Below the pieces are notes generated by a model. The model did no database searches, was not told the origin of the DNA, and worked only from the letters and a program-made list of their open reading frames with translations. DNA of 64,000 nt from Chara braunii. Lineage: Eukaryota; Plantae; Charophyceae. The translations under genes were made by a program, and so were the position numbers. Position 1 is the first letter of the stretch, and the number at the start of each line of letters is the position of its first letter. Positions 1 through 12,800 of the stretch are shown piece after piece. The stretch lies in NCBI GenBank assembly GCA_003427395.1, contig BFEA01000024.1:337989-401988 (forward strand). The letters run 5' to 3'.

Positions 1-175
1 CTTCGTTGATGATGATGGGACTACTTCAGCATTGTCAATTATGAACTCTTGGTGTGTTCTTATTTGGTGTATCTCGTGATGCAATTATGTTGTTGGTTCG
101 AGGTCAAGACTATCTGGACTCTTATGTATGATGCTGTTTGATTGCTGGAGTTCGCTATTACTCATGTTCCTTGCA
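1..175 (+). repeat. 3' end of the 5' LTR of element 1
   Basis: Direct repeat of 7883-8056; ends TTGCA immediately before the PBS. Confidence 0.93.
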
Positions 176-178
176 ATT

Positions 179-189
179 TGGTATCGGAG
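179..189 (+). promoter_or_regulatory. Primer binding site, tRNA-iMet type (element 1)
   Basis: TGGTATCGGAG, 3 nt after the LTR end; canonical TGGTATCAGAGC. Confidence 0.85.
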
Positions 190-1444
190 TTGTGGTTCGA
201 TTGCGCTCATCTGGCGCTTGTCTTCTGCCTTATGCGGTACATACATGCGGTCTGCTGGGCGAGTTTGGTCGTAATTGGTGTGTAGTGAGGAGGGTGGAGA
301 CGAGTGTGAGGCGACCCAGGAGGTGAGGGGAATCGCCAGGAAGGCTACGTGAGGTGAATGTGGTCTAGACAGTGTGATGAGAACTATGTAATGTGTGATT
401 GATGCTGAGGTGGAACGGTGAATAATGCTGGTTGTGCCGATGCAGTGACTGGTCATCGCAATCGCCATTTGGTCATCTGGTGAGATTATCTCTGTGGTTG
501 GGGGCAGCTAAATGAGGTACGTTGCTCTTAACCTTATCTTCCCTCTCCAACACTCCTTACCGCGAGGTTGTGTGTTCCTTCTTGAGAGTCCTCTCATCGT
601 GAGGTGTCGAGTGCGCTCAACCTTGAGAGTCGGCAATATTCTTGTGGAGCATCTGGGTGGAGATGGGCGAAGCTTTCTGAAGGGCCTCGGACGAAGCACT
701 GGGTCACGGTCACCATGCCAACCCACAGGGAGTAGAGCACACATGCCTAAGCTGCTTGCCCTTTGTTCGGCTTGCTGCGCTGTTAGATGGGTACTACTGG
801 GCAGGCCAGCCCTACAGGAAAGACGAGCACCCGGCGTCTATAAATAAACACGGGAAGGGGAACCATTGACTGTGATCGTCGTCCGACTGCGACGTAAAAT
901 AATTCCTGGAGTCACTTGGGGGCGGACGTTAAATTGCCCCTGAATCAGTCAATGGTTGGAAGGCTCGCGGCACGCCGAGGATAAATATACGTGCAAGGCT
1001 GGCCGTCTCAGTGGATGCTCGGGGCACAGGGGTGGGCCGGACACACACCTTTAGACACGCNNNNCNCTCCAGATNGCTCAGGGACGCTGACGTCAAGAGA
1101 TACTCANGGGAANTAAGGGANGGGTTGATTCCAGGTGACAAGTTCGAGAAAATTCCATGCTGTCCTATACACACAAGTGATTCTATTTTTATGTTTTGAT
1201 TAGTTAGATGGACTGCCATTGACATCTGACAGACAGCATTAGTTAGAACTGTTGATTGTTCCTAATGTTTCTGTTCGTGAACAAGTCATACTAAAAATAG
1301 TTTCAGTTCTAGGAATCTGACGTACCTGTTGACCTCAAGTGATATCTACTCCAAAGTAGCCACCAACGAGTTAGTGGTCCGTGCACTATGCTGTGGTAGA
1401 CATCTTGAATGTACTAGTGTAGACAGTGCACAATGCTGTAGCCT

Positions 1445-3433
1445 ATGAGCGACGAGGAGAACACCGGAGAGAACGACCGCAGGACTTTGCGATCAACTAG
1501 GGGCCCGGTAGCCCACGTGTCTTTAGGACCGGAGGGTGATAGACATCTGTTCCGCCAGCAGAGGGAGAGACAGCAGGCACAGAGGAGGGCTAGAGCAGCC
1601 GAGGCCAGCCGGACTTCAATTAGCGAGGCCGGTGCTACAGCAGAAATGGCTACTACAACCATGTCCACTTCTGCGCAGCAGACTTCCCAAGCCAGTAGTT
1701 CAGGTGCCTTCGGGTCAACGGTCGCGCAGACCATGAGTCAGTCCACTGGCTTAATGGCAAGCCAGGCAGCGGTGTTGACTCCAGAGGATGTCGCCATCCA
1801 GCAGGCAGCCCTGCAGGAGGCACAACTACAACGGGCATTAGGGGAGATAAAAGCGAAAAAAGAAAAGATGATCAGGAGAAGAGCCAGGATGCAACGAAGA
1901 GAGACAGATATAGAGGAGTTAGAGACGATGGACATGACCAATATGGATGAGGATGTGAGGGTAGTTAGGAGGGCCCTGCTAGGCGTCATAGAAATGCAGG
2001 AGCATCAAACTACCATCCTCCATGACATTCAACAGAGCCTAGCCGTTTTGGCAGGCCGTGCTCAGGCAGCACCATCACCAGCAGGGCCNGGTGCCTGGCC
2101 CGTGCCATATCCTCCCTTCTCTGTCCCACCGGTGACTGGGGTATCCCCATATGTAGCCCCGTCAACGGTTGCTATCGTTTCCCTAGGCATGCCGCTATCA
2201 GGAGGGATAACAACAGGGAGTAGTTTACAGGTTCCTGTACAGATAGTGTTTACTCCAAGTCCGTCACAGGTTGCAGTCACCACGCAGCCTGCTGTCTCGC
2301 AGCCAGTGCAGCCTCAAGGCACACAGCCCCAGCAGCTAGCACAACAACCTGTTTCACCGGGTCCACAGCCTGGAATGATGCAGGGACCGGGACAGACACA
2401 GTGGGTTCCGAAGACGGCCATCGCCGCTCCCAAACCTTTTACAGGGGACAAGAGAGGCGAGGACCTCGACACATGGTTGAGGGCAGTGTCGGTCTACGTC
2501 AGGTGCAAACTCACCTTGCCGCACAAAGAAGTGTTTGTGGCTGCCTCCTACCTCGAGGGTAGTGCAGCGAGATGGTTGAGTGGTCTAGTACAACTTCAGG
2601 GATACGGTCATGACTTCCGCGCTTGGGCGACCTCCCAAAAATTGGAGGACTTCCTGAAGATGGTGGAAGAGAGTTGGCATGATCCTCAGGAGGCTCAAAG
2701 GGCCACTGACGCGATCCTGACACTGCACACGCGGCAGTTTAAGTCAGTAAGGGAAGCTACCGACACTGTTGAGTGTTTGATCTGTGTCCCTGGGGTACGC
2801 TATGATCCTCAGGTCCTGTTGACTTCGTACCTGAGGTGTTTCTCACAGCCTCTCAGGAACCAGTTGGCAAAAGAGGCCAACATCAATATGCACAACTTCC
2901 CTTCGTTTAGCAAGGTGGCCCTAGACCTGGAAGCAAAGATAGGGCATAGACAGACACCCACTACGGAAGGGAGAAAGAAGACACTGCCTCCCAACTGGAA
3001 GGCGAAGGGTCGCTTAATGTTTGTCGACAATGATGGTCCAACCATCGAGTTGGACGACAACCTCCAGGAGGGAGTAGGTTCACAGGCAAGCAGCATAGAC
3101 GCTTCAGAGGGTAGAGTGGTCGCTGCTGTAGCACAAAAAGGTAAGGTGGCCGGTAGACGCCGCGGAGGCTCCCGGTCTAGGAGTCAAGTTGACCCCAATG
3201 CTCCTCCATGGGAGAAAGCGGGTCTCACAGAGGACGTGTGGAGAGACCGTTACTCTCGGCAGGCCTGTATTCGCTGTGGCCAATATGGCCATATCCAATT
3301 TAAGTGCCGCAACAAGAAGGTGACAGAAAAGATCCCGCCTACGATGGGGCAAGTGCTGGGATCCTCTCATCCCGTTGGCAGCAACATAGCCAGTACTTCA
3401 GGCAGTGCTCCGGGAAACACGTCGGGCCAGTAG
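1445..3433 (+). CDS. gag: Gag polyprotein (662 aa) with coiled-coil and Q/P-rich N-terminus, retrotransposon gag core and CCHC knuckle
   Basis: Intact ORF with PKPFTG...LDTW...AASYLEGSAARW gag motif and CIRCGQYGHIQFKC zinc knuckle. Confidence 0.92.
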   Translation: MSDEENTGENDRRTLRSTRGPVAHVSLGPEGDRHLFRQQRERQQAQRRARAAEASRTSISEAGATAEMATTTMSTSAQQTSQASSSGAFGSTVAQTMSQSTGLMASQAAVLTPEDVAIQQAALQEAQLQRALGEIKAKKEKMIRRRARMQRRETDIEELETMDMTNMDEDVRVVRRALLGVIEMQEHQTTILHDIQQSLAVLAGRAQAAPSPAGXGAWPVPYPPFSVPPVTGVSPYVAPSTVAIVSLGMPLSGGITTGSSLQVPVQIVFTPSPSQVAVTTQPAVSQPVQPQGTQPQQLAQQPVSPGPQPGMMQGPGQTQWVPKTAIAAPKPFTGDKRGEDLDTWLRAVSVYVRCKLTLPHKEVFVAASYLEGSAARWLSGLVQLQGYGHDFRAWATSQKLEDFLKMVEESWHDPQEAQRATDAILTLHTRQFKSVREATDTVECLICVPGVRYDPQVLLTSYLRCFSQPLRNQLAKEANINMHNFPSFSKVALDLEAKIGHRQTPTTEGRKKTLPPNWKAKGRLMFVDNDGPTIELDDNLQEGVGSQASSIDASEGRVVAAVAQKGKVAGRRRGGSRSRSQVDPNAPPWEKAGLTEDVWRDRYSRQACIRCGQYGHIQFKCRNKKVTEKIPPTMGQVLGSSHPVGSNIASTSGSAPGNTSGQ

Positions 3434-3465
3434 GAATTGTAGCTTTTCCTGCTAGGGTCGAGGTG
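3412..3465 (+). promoter_or_regulatory. -1 programmed ribosomal frameshift signal (G GGA AAC plus downstream stem-loop)
   Basis: The heptamer GGGAAAC at 3412-3418 is phased X XXY YYZ in the gag frame, and the -1 frame is the open pol ORF. Downstream AGTAGGAA/TTCCTGCT can form a stem. Confidence 0.75.
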
Positions 3466-6400
3466 GTGGAGACACCCTCACCATCTCGAGAGATGGCCCA
3501 AGCTACTGACTCCAATGGCATCCCGCAAACACATTCAGACCCATCGAGCCTCTGTTCGATGAATGTGTTCAAGTCCTTGGAGGAGCTAGAGGTGGAGTGG
3601 TCTAGATTAGACCCGCTAGCTTCTTGGACGGCCTTAGTCAAAGCTTCTAAGGGTGAGATGTTCGTCAGTGAGGTTGCTATTCGCGGCCGCAAGGCCAAGG
3701 CCTATTATGACACTTGCTCGACACGGAACTTTATTAGTCGCATGTGCGTTGAGAGACTGCGCTTACAGGGGCGAGTGCAGCGCTTGAGTCCACCTGTGGA
3801 GTCGACCTGTGCCAACAAACAACGCATGGTAGTTAACGACTACCTCCATGATGTAGAGTGTTGTTTTTCGTATGCGGGAGGGGACTTGAGACATCGTGTC
3901 TCGTTCCTAGTGAGCGATGAACTCCCCATGGACATGTTGTTAGGTATGTACTACCTCTCTGTGGCACAGCCCCGGTTTGACTGGGACCGAAAAGTGGTCA
4001 AACACACTTTGTCAAGTGGAGGGACCGCCAGATTACATAAGTTCAAAGCTAGTAGTCTGATTGAGTCCTACGGGTGCATGTGTGCGGCCTCGTGCTACAA
4101 TTATTATAAGCAAAATCGGGAGGAGGATATGTACTTAGTTTATGTCTCTGCTGCAGGCGAGCCGGTGAAAATGTCGCCGGAGATAGAGGGAGTAGTTGCT
4201 AAGTACCCTGATCTATTTGAAGAGCCGACAGGGGTTGTTGAGATGGAGGTCGTCCACGCGATAGAGATTATCCCAGGATCTAGTATTCCGAAGGGTAGGA
4301 TCTATCGGATGTCTCCAGGCGAGCATGATGAGCTTCGTCGCCAACTCAAGGAACTCGTAGAGAAGGGTTGGATCCGGCCGAGTGTCTCTCCTTATGGGTC
4401 TCCTGTTCTATTCGTACCTAAGAAGAAGGAGGGTACTCTTAGAATGTGCATTGACTTAGGGGCCTCAATGCCATCACTGTAAAGAACAGAGAGCCCCTAC
4501 CGCGCATCGATGATTTGTTAGATAGAGTGCAAGGGTGTCGGTACTTCAGTAAGATAGATCTGAAGTCCAGGTACCATCAGATTGCAATCCGGACCGAGGA
4601 TCAACACAAAACCGCCTTTCAGACCAGGTACGGTCTGTACGAGTTTGTGGTGATGCCTTTCGGTCTTTGCAATGCTCCTGGCACCTTTTAGCACGCTATG
4701 AATCGGATATTCCATGACTACTTAGATAAGTTTGTCGTCGTGTACCTCGATGACATACTTATTTTTAGTAAGACTGACGAGGAGGACGTTGCACATTTGG
4801 ACAAAGACCTCAGTCTCCTGCGTCAGCACAAGTTCAAGATCAACGGTGAGAAGTGTGAGTTTGGACGCACCCGTATCTTGTACTTGGGTCATGAGATCTC
4901 CGNGGAAGGGTTGAAGCCCGATGACGCAAAGGTGGCCAGCATTCGTGATTGGCCACGTCCTCAGTCTGTGACTGAGATGAGATCTTTCTTAGGAATGACA
5001 GGCTACTATAGGACTTTCGTAAAGAACTATAGCATAGTGGCCGCTCATTTGACTGATCTGACCCGCCTTGACACCCCATGGGAGTGGACAGATAAGTGCG
5101 AGGCTGCTTTCAGACATCTGAAGCATGCATTGACGCACTATGAAGTCTTGAAACTTCCTGATCCTGACAAGTGGTTCATAGTCACCACGAATGCCAGCCA
5201 ATATGGCATTGGCGCCGTGCTCGCGCAGCAGGAGGGGCCAAAGTTGAGGCCAGTAGAGTACATCTCCAAGAAAATGTCGTCTCAGAAGTTAGCTAAGTCC
5301 ACTTATGAGAAGGAACTCTACGCGGTATACAAGGCTCTCACCCATTGGAGACACTATCTCCTTGGGAGGTTCTTCGTCCTCAGGACTGATCATCATACCC
5401 TGAGATGGATGAGAACCCAACCGGTACTCTCTGACGCTCTCAAGCATTGGATCGAAGTCATTGAGCAATATGACTTTGACCCTAAGTATCTCAAAGGGGA
5501 GTACAACAAGGTTGCTGATGCCTTGTCGCGCAGACCGGACTTCTCAGGTGCGCTGATTACTGAGTTCGATCTGACGGACAATGTTACTCAGTCTTTGGTG
5601 GAAGCCTATCACGAAGACCAGTTTATGTCTGAGATCTTACCCAGACTTGAGGCAAAGGATAAGAAAACTTCCGCCGAGTTTGAGTTGGTCAATGGCTTGC
5701 TGTTCCTAGAGAAGGCAGGGAATAAACGCTTGTGTGTTCCAAATAGCGAGTCTTTGCGTAGTTTGTTTTTAGGCGAGTGTCATGATGCCACCGACCATTT
5801 TGGGTATAAGAAGACCACAGCCAACTTGCTGCAGTGATTCTGGTGGCCCACGATGATGCGAGATGCACAGCTGTACGTGGAGACTTGTCAAGTTTGTCAA
5901 CGGGACAAGCCACGTACTCAGGCTCCTCTTGGGCTTCTAAAGCCCCTTCCAATTCCGGAACGGCCTGGTGAGAGTCTGTCCATGGATTTCATGGATACTC
6001 TTATCACCAGCAAGAGTGGAATGCGTCACATTTTCGTCATCGTGGGTAGATTTAGTACGTATGCTAGGTTAGTAGCCATGCCAGAAACAGCAAAGACGGA
6101 GTACGTGATTAGAATGTTTAAAGAGAACTGGGTCAGGGAATTTGGTCTAGACCAAAGTCCATTGTTAGTGACAGGGATGTCAGGTTTACCAGCGAGTTGT
6201 GGAAGGCCGCTGCTGCAGAGCAGGGCACTCAGTTGCAAACGACTTATGGGAATCACCCAGAGGCCAACGGCCAGGCTGAGCAACTGAACCGCGCTGTGCA
6301 ACACTTGTTGAGGCATTACATCAAGCCCAACCAGGTGGACTAGGATGAGAAGCTTGCTCTCGTCGCCAGTCTGTATAACAATGCGATACACAGCGCCACT

Positions 6401-7105
6401 GGGGTGAGCCCGAATAGTATGCTACTGACTTTCAAGCCTAGACTACCGTTGGATTTCCTTCTTCTTGAGAATCAGTCAACTGCTGCACCCGGTACATTAG
6501 AGTTTGCTTACCACTATGAACAGAAGATGCAGCAGGCGGTAGAACAGATGCAGAAGGCACAGGCCGCGATGATAGAGTCCGAAAACAGACACCGTCGGCC
6601 TTCTACATTTCAGGTTGGGGATAGAGTCTGGGTTAAGTCTTCAGAACTGGGACAGGAGTACGGGATATCCCGCAAACTCATGCCTTAGTACTTTGGACCT
6701 TGGGAAGTCTTGGACATCGTCGGGACAGATCCGGATGGTCCATCATATGTTATCCGGATTCCTGGTCATCTCCGTACTTATCCTGTTTTTCACGCTTCCA
6801 AGCTAGCACCTTTCAAAGAGACTGACCAATTTCCATCTCGCCGCTCAATGCTGCCCCCAACCATGGACGGAGAGGTGGACATCGATGATATTGTGGATCA
6901 TAGAGAGCTGCCGGTATCAAGACCAACAGGCAGGGGACGTCCTCCAAAACCGAAGCTGCAGTACCGCGTTCGGTTCCGACATCACATTGATCCAAAGGAG
7001 GACCGCTGGTTCACCAGGGAAGAGCTCATGCAAACCGCTTCTCAGGTTGTAACTCAATATGAGAGATCTCTGCAGAAAGGAAAGCGCCCTATGATCGAAG
7101 ATTGA
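3412..7105 (+). pseudogene. pol: pol of element 1 (protease, RT, RNase H, integrase, chromodomain) broken by stops and frameshifts
   Basis: YYDTCSTRNFIS (protease), VVVYLDDILIFS (RT), TTNASQYGIGAVL/YEKEL (RNase H), H..HFG/CQVC and SMDF (integrase), DIDDIVDHRE...YRVRF..DRWF (chromodomain). Stops occur at ~4690, ~5835, ~6341 and ~6686. Confidence 0.93.
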
Positions 7106-7123
7106 GCTTCTCAGAGGACTGTT

Positions 7124-7136
7124 AAGGAGGAGGGAA
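7124..7136 (+). promoter_or_regulatory. Polypurine tract of element 1
   Basis: AAGGAGGAGGGAA directly before the TG at 7137. Confidence 0.85.
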
Positions 7137-8056
7137 TGCGAGGCCACTGCCTCTAAGAGCCCCATAAGGCCGCTATTTTGCAGCCCGTCGGCCACCCTAA
7201 GTGAAGGCAGGCTCGACGAGGCCCTTAGGGCCCTTTTCTGGCCACCACGCAACTCAAGGAAATTCAGGCAGTTGCGCAGCGCCAGTTGGTTGAATGAACC
7301 CAGGCCCTGGGCCGCCTGTGTGAATGTACGTGAAGCAGGCCCTGGGCTGGATACGGGTACCGGGCAAAACACAGGCCGAAAGATGTTAGGCACATGCAAC
7401 CACTTCAGGCCCAAGGCCTGCTTTCCTCGTGACTGGGCCTCAGGCTACCGGGGCCTATTGGAAGCTTCCTGGACTAGACGCAGGCAGGCCACTTCGATAT
7501 AGGGAAGGCCTTGCCTCCTCATTCGGCATTCGGGTGCTGGCTGCATGCTACGCAAGCGCTGCTGCTGCGCTATTTGCGGGCTAGCGCCTACGCTCTCACG
7601 GGCGAACAGGGAAGGAGCACGCAGCCATAGCCGAGTTGCGCTGCTGTATGCTGGGTGAAGCGCAGGGTGGTCCTTGGGTGCTAGTGGCATCTGTGAGTTG
7701 GGAAACGAGGTTGTGAGTGTAGCGCGAGACATACCTGGTGCTGAAGCGTGCGACATTGGTCGCCATATGCTCGTACTTCAGGAACGCTGTTGATGTCATC
7801 TTTCTGCTTCGTAGTATAGGCTAGATAGGATCTGGCACATGTAGTCTGGGCGCCGAGCGCCAATAGGATATCAACACTGGTTCTTCGTTGATGATGATGG
7901 GACTACCCAACATTGTCAATTATGAACTCTTGGTGTGTTCGTATTTGGTGTATCTCATGATGCAATTATGCTGTTGGTTCGAGGTCAAGACTATCTGGAC
8001 TCATATGTATGATGTTGTTTGATTGCCGGAGTTCGCTATTACTCATCTTCCTTGCA
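7137..8056 (+). repeat. 3' LTR of element 1 (920 bp)
   Basis: TGCG...TTGCA termini; follows the PPT; last 174 bp repeat 1-175. Confidence 0.9.
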
Positions 8057-8911
8057 TATATATATCATATATATATATATTATATAATATATATATATAT
8101 ATATATACAGGGTTGCCATGCCGAACGTACGGAGGCCCCTAAGCAGACCCCCGAACGTTCGGGCATTCGGGTACCCGTACGGGGTCAGAACCTGAAGGGG
8201 TTCGGACCCCGCAAAAAAATATATTGGCACCTAAATATTATTATTTTTTCTGAAAAATGTTCAGTGAGTTCCTTGTAATGTAAGGTATCTCCCTCTTAAT
8301 TTTGAAGCCATTCTGTTGAGCAAACAAAAAATGAAAAATCGACAAAGATGGTGGTTTCAAAACTTGCTGGCCCACTCACTAATTTATTTTTTCTCTTTTT
8401 TCACTTTTTGTTTCTCTTTTATTTCGGGGCATGAAACAAAATATTACTTTTTAAAACTTTATTTGTATATTCTCTATTATGTAAGATACACATATACAAA
8501 GTTTCATGGCAGTTGTCACAGCCCAAAAAAAATAAAAAATCACCAAAGATGACGGTGTCAAAAACGTGCTCGCCCACTCGATAATTTCATTCTCGTTTTA
8601 TTTTTTTATAATTTTTATTATTATTATTTAGTTTTAGTATTTGATTTGTATTTCAAATTTGGTAAAGAATTTGGATGTAACGTTGAGGCAAATGTTGTTT
8701 AGTTTATTCTTTTGTATAACATATATTTGTTTTGGATTTTTTGTTTTTTTTTTGGGGGTCGGCGTTCGGCCGAACGGCCGAACGAGTCGAGAGGGGTTGC
8801 CGAACGTTCGGGCGTTCGGGTTCGGGTGTTCAGCCTGTCCCGAACGCCGGCAACCCTGTATATATATATATATATATTATATATATGATATATATATAAT
8901 ATATATATATT

Positions 8912-8942
<31 letters not shown>

Positions 8943-8948
8943 TTACAT
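8057..8948. repeat. (TA)n microsatellite split by a MITE
   Basis: TA runs at 8057-8107 and 8859-8942. Confidence 0.9.
8108..8858. mobile_element. hAT-like non-autonomous DNA transposon (MITE), 751 bp
   Basis: Perfect 10-bp TIR CAGGGTTGCC/GGCAACCCTG, subterminal CCGAAC/GTTCGG repeats, AT-rich core, TA-repeat flanks compatible with an 8-bp TSD. Confidence 0.8.
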
Positions 8949-9654
8949 ACGAGGAAGCGTGATTTTGGGTTCGGGTGCTACCATGTTCGTAATATTAAAT
9001 TGTCTTTTAAAATTGTACCTCATCTGCTGCGATTTGGCAAGGGAACGAACGGTTCGTTCGCTTCAAATTATTAAAACGGGCAGACCAAACTATCCGACCT
9101 CTCTCGAACATGTTTTGCCTAGTGAAAGCGACCCTACAGGCATTGTGGATTAAACCCTCAAAAGGAAGGTACCCGTGGCTGCATTGGTAGGAAGCTTATC
9201 ACATCCAATGGAGGGTCATAAACCCCCTCTTTACCATCGGATGCAAACACCTATTAGTGGTAGGCCTATTGCACAATTTTAAAGCAAGGAAGTTGACAGT
9301 TGGTATCCCATTTTAGGACCACTGCACGCCGATCTTACAGTTTTTTCGTGTTAAGTCGAAAAGACTGCAGAAATTGGTCACGGATGGGCGTGTCTGTTTA
9401 GTGACCATTGGTGTGGGATGCTAAATTTCTTTGCAATGCAGTGTAGGGGCAATGTGCACAGGTTGTGGCTATCTGAGCCAAGTGGTTTAGTGTCATACTT
9501 GCACTATGTATGTAGGAGAAGCGAGTTGTTGGCAGTACTGACACAATCTATTTTGAGAGAGTGGCTATAGCGTGTCGAAGAGGACTAGAGGGTTATAGGT
9601 CAACCGCACCCAAACGCATCAAGTTTTAGTAAATCTTCGGATCAGCTCTTTCCC

Positions 9655-9850
9655 CTCTTTTCCCCTTTACTGCATAGAAGATTAATCGATCGTTTGGGGC
9701 GACGATGTACTTCTCAAAATTGACAATAAGAAGCACTAAAGTTGAAACGCACTAGAACTGGAGCGATGTACTTCTCAAAATTGACGATAAGAAGCACTAA
9801 AGTTGAAACGCACTAGAACTGGAGCGAAGACTTAAGCTCAAGATACTGGT
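9655..9850 (+). pseudogene. Very old Gypsy RT relic containing a 61-bp tandem duplication
   Basis: Reads with frameshifts as F-P-L-x-x-I-E-D...I-D-R-L-G...M-Y-F-S-K-I-D; 9703-9763 is repeated at 9764-9824. Confidence 0.5.
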
Positions 9851-12800
9851 CACTGAAGCTTGACAACGACTATGCAAAATCATATGTTCCCCATACAGCC
9901 AAGTCCTCATGAGAGTCCGTTCGAACAACCAACCACGTTTGTTGGATCACTGGTTACCGAGCATGAAAAAGTTGTTTGAAGACGAGCACAGAGAGGTACG
10001 AAAGAAATAATGATAAAACGAGAAACTGAGGGGTAATGAAAGTTGTAGAGGCAGCACAAGCTAGCCCGCCAGGGAGTCAGATGACACCTATTTCAACCCC
10101 TATGACATGACCTTGCATTTGACATCTCTCTACCCACTTCTCACGAGTTCCTATCAGTGAGTTGCACGCGGTCACAGGATACGTTAAACCCCTTTCACAT
10201 TCCACATCCTCTCCTCTCTTCGTCAATTCTCACTAGAACCTCGAGTCACCCTCATCTCGTGACCAGTAACTATTTTATAGTAATTTCTTCCCCCTTTCAG
10301 TGATAGTAAAGTCGCCGCCGGAAATAAGGGCTATCGTAACCACTTCTGGCTTTTATTTTTTCATGATTGTAAACGGTGAGAGGCAACAGGCAATATCTGT
10401 CCCGCAGGAGTGCAAGTGACCTTAACAAAACTTGCGAACCCTTTACAAAAATCTATGATTTCAAATGATCACACACACGCTCGTGAGCACCTCATACATC
10501 TCAGTATCCTCAGCATAACGCCACTTCTCTTTAATGGGGAAGGTAGCGCCGTACGATGAGAGTTACTGAGAGTGCCTAGATGCAAACGACTGACTTTTAT
10601 TACTAAGGAAACACACTAGTTCTTTCTCTAATCATTCTCAGTCCGTCACCATTTGTAATCGCCTCTCAAACACCCCATTGAAGTGATTTGTTGGTAGCCA
10701 TAGACAAACGTAGCCTGGAGGAGAAGATAGAAGCAAGTGCTCGACGATGGTAAAGGAAACATTATTTGCTCCGAGATTGTCGTGCCACTAGTGACGTCAA
10801 ACAATAAGTTGTAGTGTTAAGCTTTTGCTAAATCCAATATTTGACGGTCATGTTTATCGCTCATAACCGACGTAATCACGAGTCCTTTAACGACCATACA
10901 CAAACACATGTGAAAGACAAGGCGATGAAAAATTGAAAGCAACAACTACAACTCTCTCTGGAGAAAAAATGGCGTCAATCGTTCTCTTGCTACGTACTAT
11001 TCTCTGTCTGACCGAAAAGCACTACTCTCACACATATGTTAAGTCCAGTGTCCACCCCTCTCTTCGACGGACTACAACTCTCTCCAACATTGCTAGTAGC
11101 AACTCCTGGCATAATGGCAGATGTCTACCAACCAATCGTTGATGATGAATGGGACGATGATCGGCGAAAGCATGAAGGCATCACTGATGACGTCAACCAT
11201 ACTACGTATGCACATCTCCCACGAAGGTCTCATACGAAGTCTGGCCCTTCCCACTCTTGCACACCACCAACAACCTTATTTGCACATCCGCTCTCGACTA
11301 CCCCCACACCGGAGATGGAGGGTGGTACGGATAGCGCATGGAGGCAAGTGACACAAACTGCTAGAGAAAGAAGTTGAAATCAATAGTGAGTTCACACGTA
11401 AGTCTAACTTCTCTCTCTCACGCATACCGGTAGACGTTTGTGCCTTGCCGCAACACATTATCCTCTGCGATCATGTCACTGTCTCTCCTTGCCCTTATCT
11501 GCCTCACGACCTTAGGTCCTCCGTCGTCATGAGCTCGCCTCGGGGCCGTTTTCCACAAATGGCGTTGGTCTGCGGTCCTGTAGCTACTGATCCACTCCAT
11601 GCTATGACTGGGTCTCAGCGTCACTGGCCTCGAACTCTGCTTCGGAGTCCTGGTCCAATTGATGTTGCTCGCGCTCGGTAGTCCTGGTAGAAGTTCTTGT
11701 TTCATGGTACACAATGGTTACCTCAAGTTGAGCGGTATCACAGTCTCGTCGAAGCCTCATTTCTGCTTTGTTCCTTGACTCGGTGATAGTGGCTTGTAAC
11801 TTCTGATCTCACTTATTGTGCACAGGTTTCAGTTGCAATAATCTTATGAGATCTCAACCGCCAGTTATTCCTTCTTCATTAATCCTGAGACTCACCCTCA
11901 AAAAATTTCTTTATCATGACTTCTTGTGCCGAGTCTAGGACATGCACACTGTTCTTAAGTTGTAAAGTTGACTTAACTCTCGCTTAACTGAGTAAGGCGA
12001 GTTTTATTTGGCTCGTTTCAACAGACCAAACGGATTGATTAAGCTCCAAGTCATATATATATCAACTGATCTCTTTTAAGAAAAATATGTTACTGCTTTT
12101 TCAGGGAACAAAAGAGGTTATACTTACTGAGGTCGTGATCCTGAGATTGTTTCACTTGATTGATGGGCAAGAAGCAATCCATTCTGAAAAGGATCATTTA
12201 TTTGTTAGCCAAGTTTTTACTCACTGGTGACTTACTTGAGTAAAACTCCTTCTAGGAGTTTAGACAAGAAAACAAAATAAAATATATATGAACTTCTTAG
12301 TGCTTGATCATTCGTTGTTTTATGTATCAAGCTCAACCCATTTATGGTCAGTGACTTTTACTAAATTGCGGTCAGCAAGATACTGTGCACCATTTTAATT
12401 GTGGTAGTTGTTAATGCTACCTTATGTAATATATGAACAGAGGTGTATCTAATAGCACTCGGTATCATATACTGATAGAGGCAACATATAACAATACACT
12501 GCATTATAAACGATCACATGCCATGTTGGGTTGTACCTTGCGTGCGATATTAACGGAGGTATGACCTAGCAGTTCCTCAAGTCGTGCTCTAGTTGCTGAA
12601 TTGTGTAGTATATGAATGAGAAGAAGCCGCGAATGACACGTTGCTTACTACTTGGGTGAGATTTGTCACTAGTGGTGTCGTGTGTATTTATTTAACTTTT
12701 AAGTAAGGAAATCCTCAAATAATACCCTCAAGGGCCTCAACAATGTTTGAATACTGGGAGTTTAGAGCAATACCCCGTATAGTATACGAGCTAAGATTAT

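Larger units (their letters stand above)
1..8056 (+). mobile_element. Ty3/Gypsy chromovirus LTR retrotransposon, element 1 (5' LTR truncated by window start; degenerate pol)
   Basis: 1-175 matches 7883-8056 (~94% by eye). The order is PBS, gag, PR-RT-RH-INT-chromodomain, PPT, then a TG...CA 3' LTR. Confidence 0.95.
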
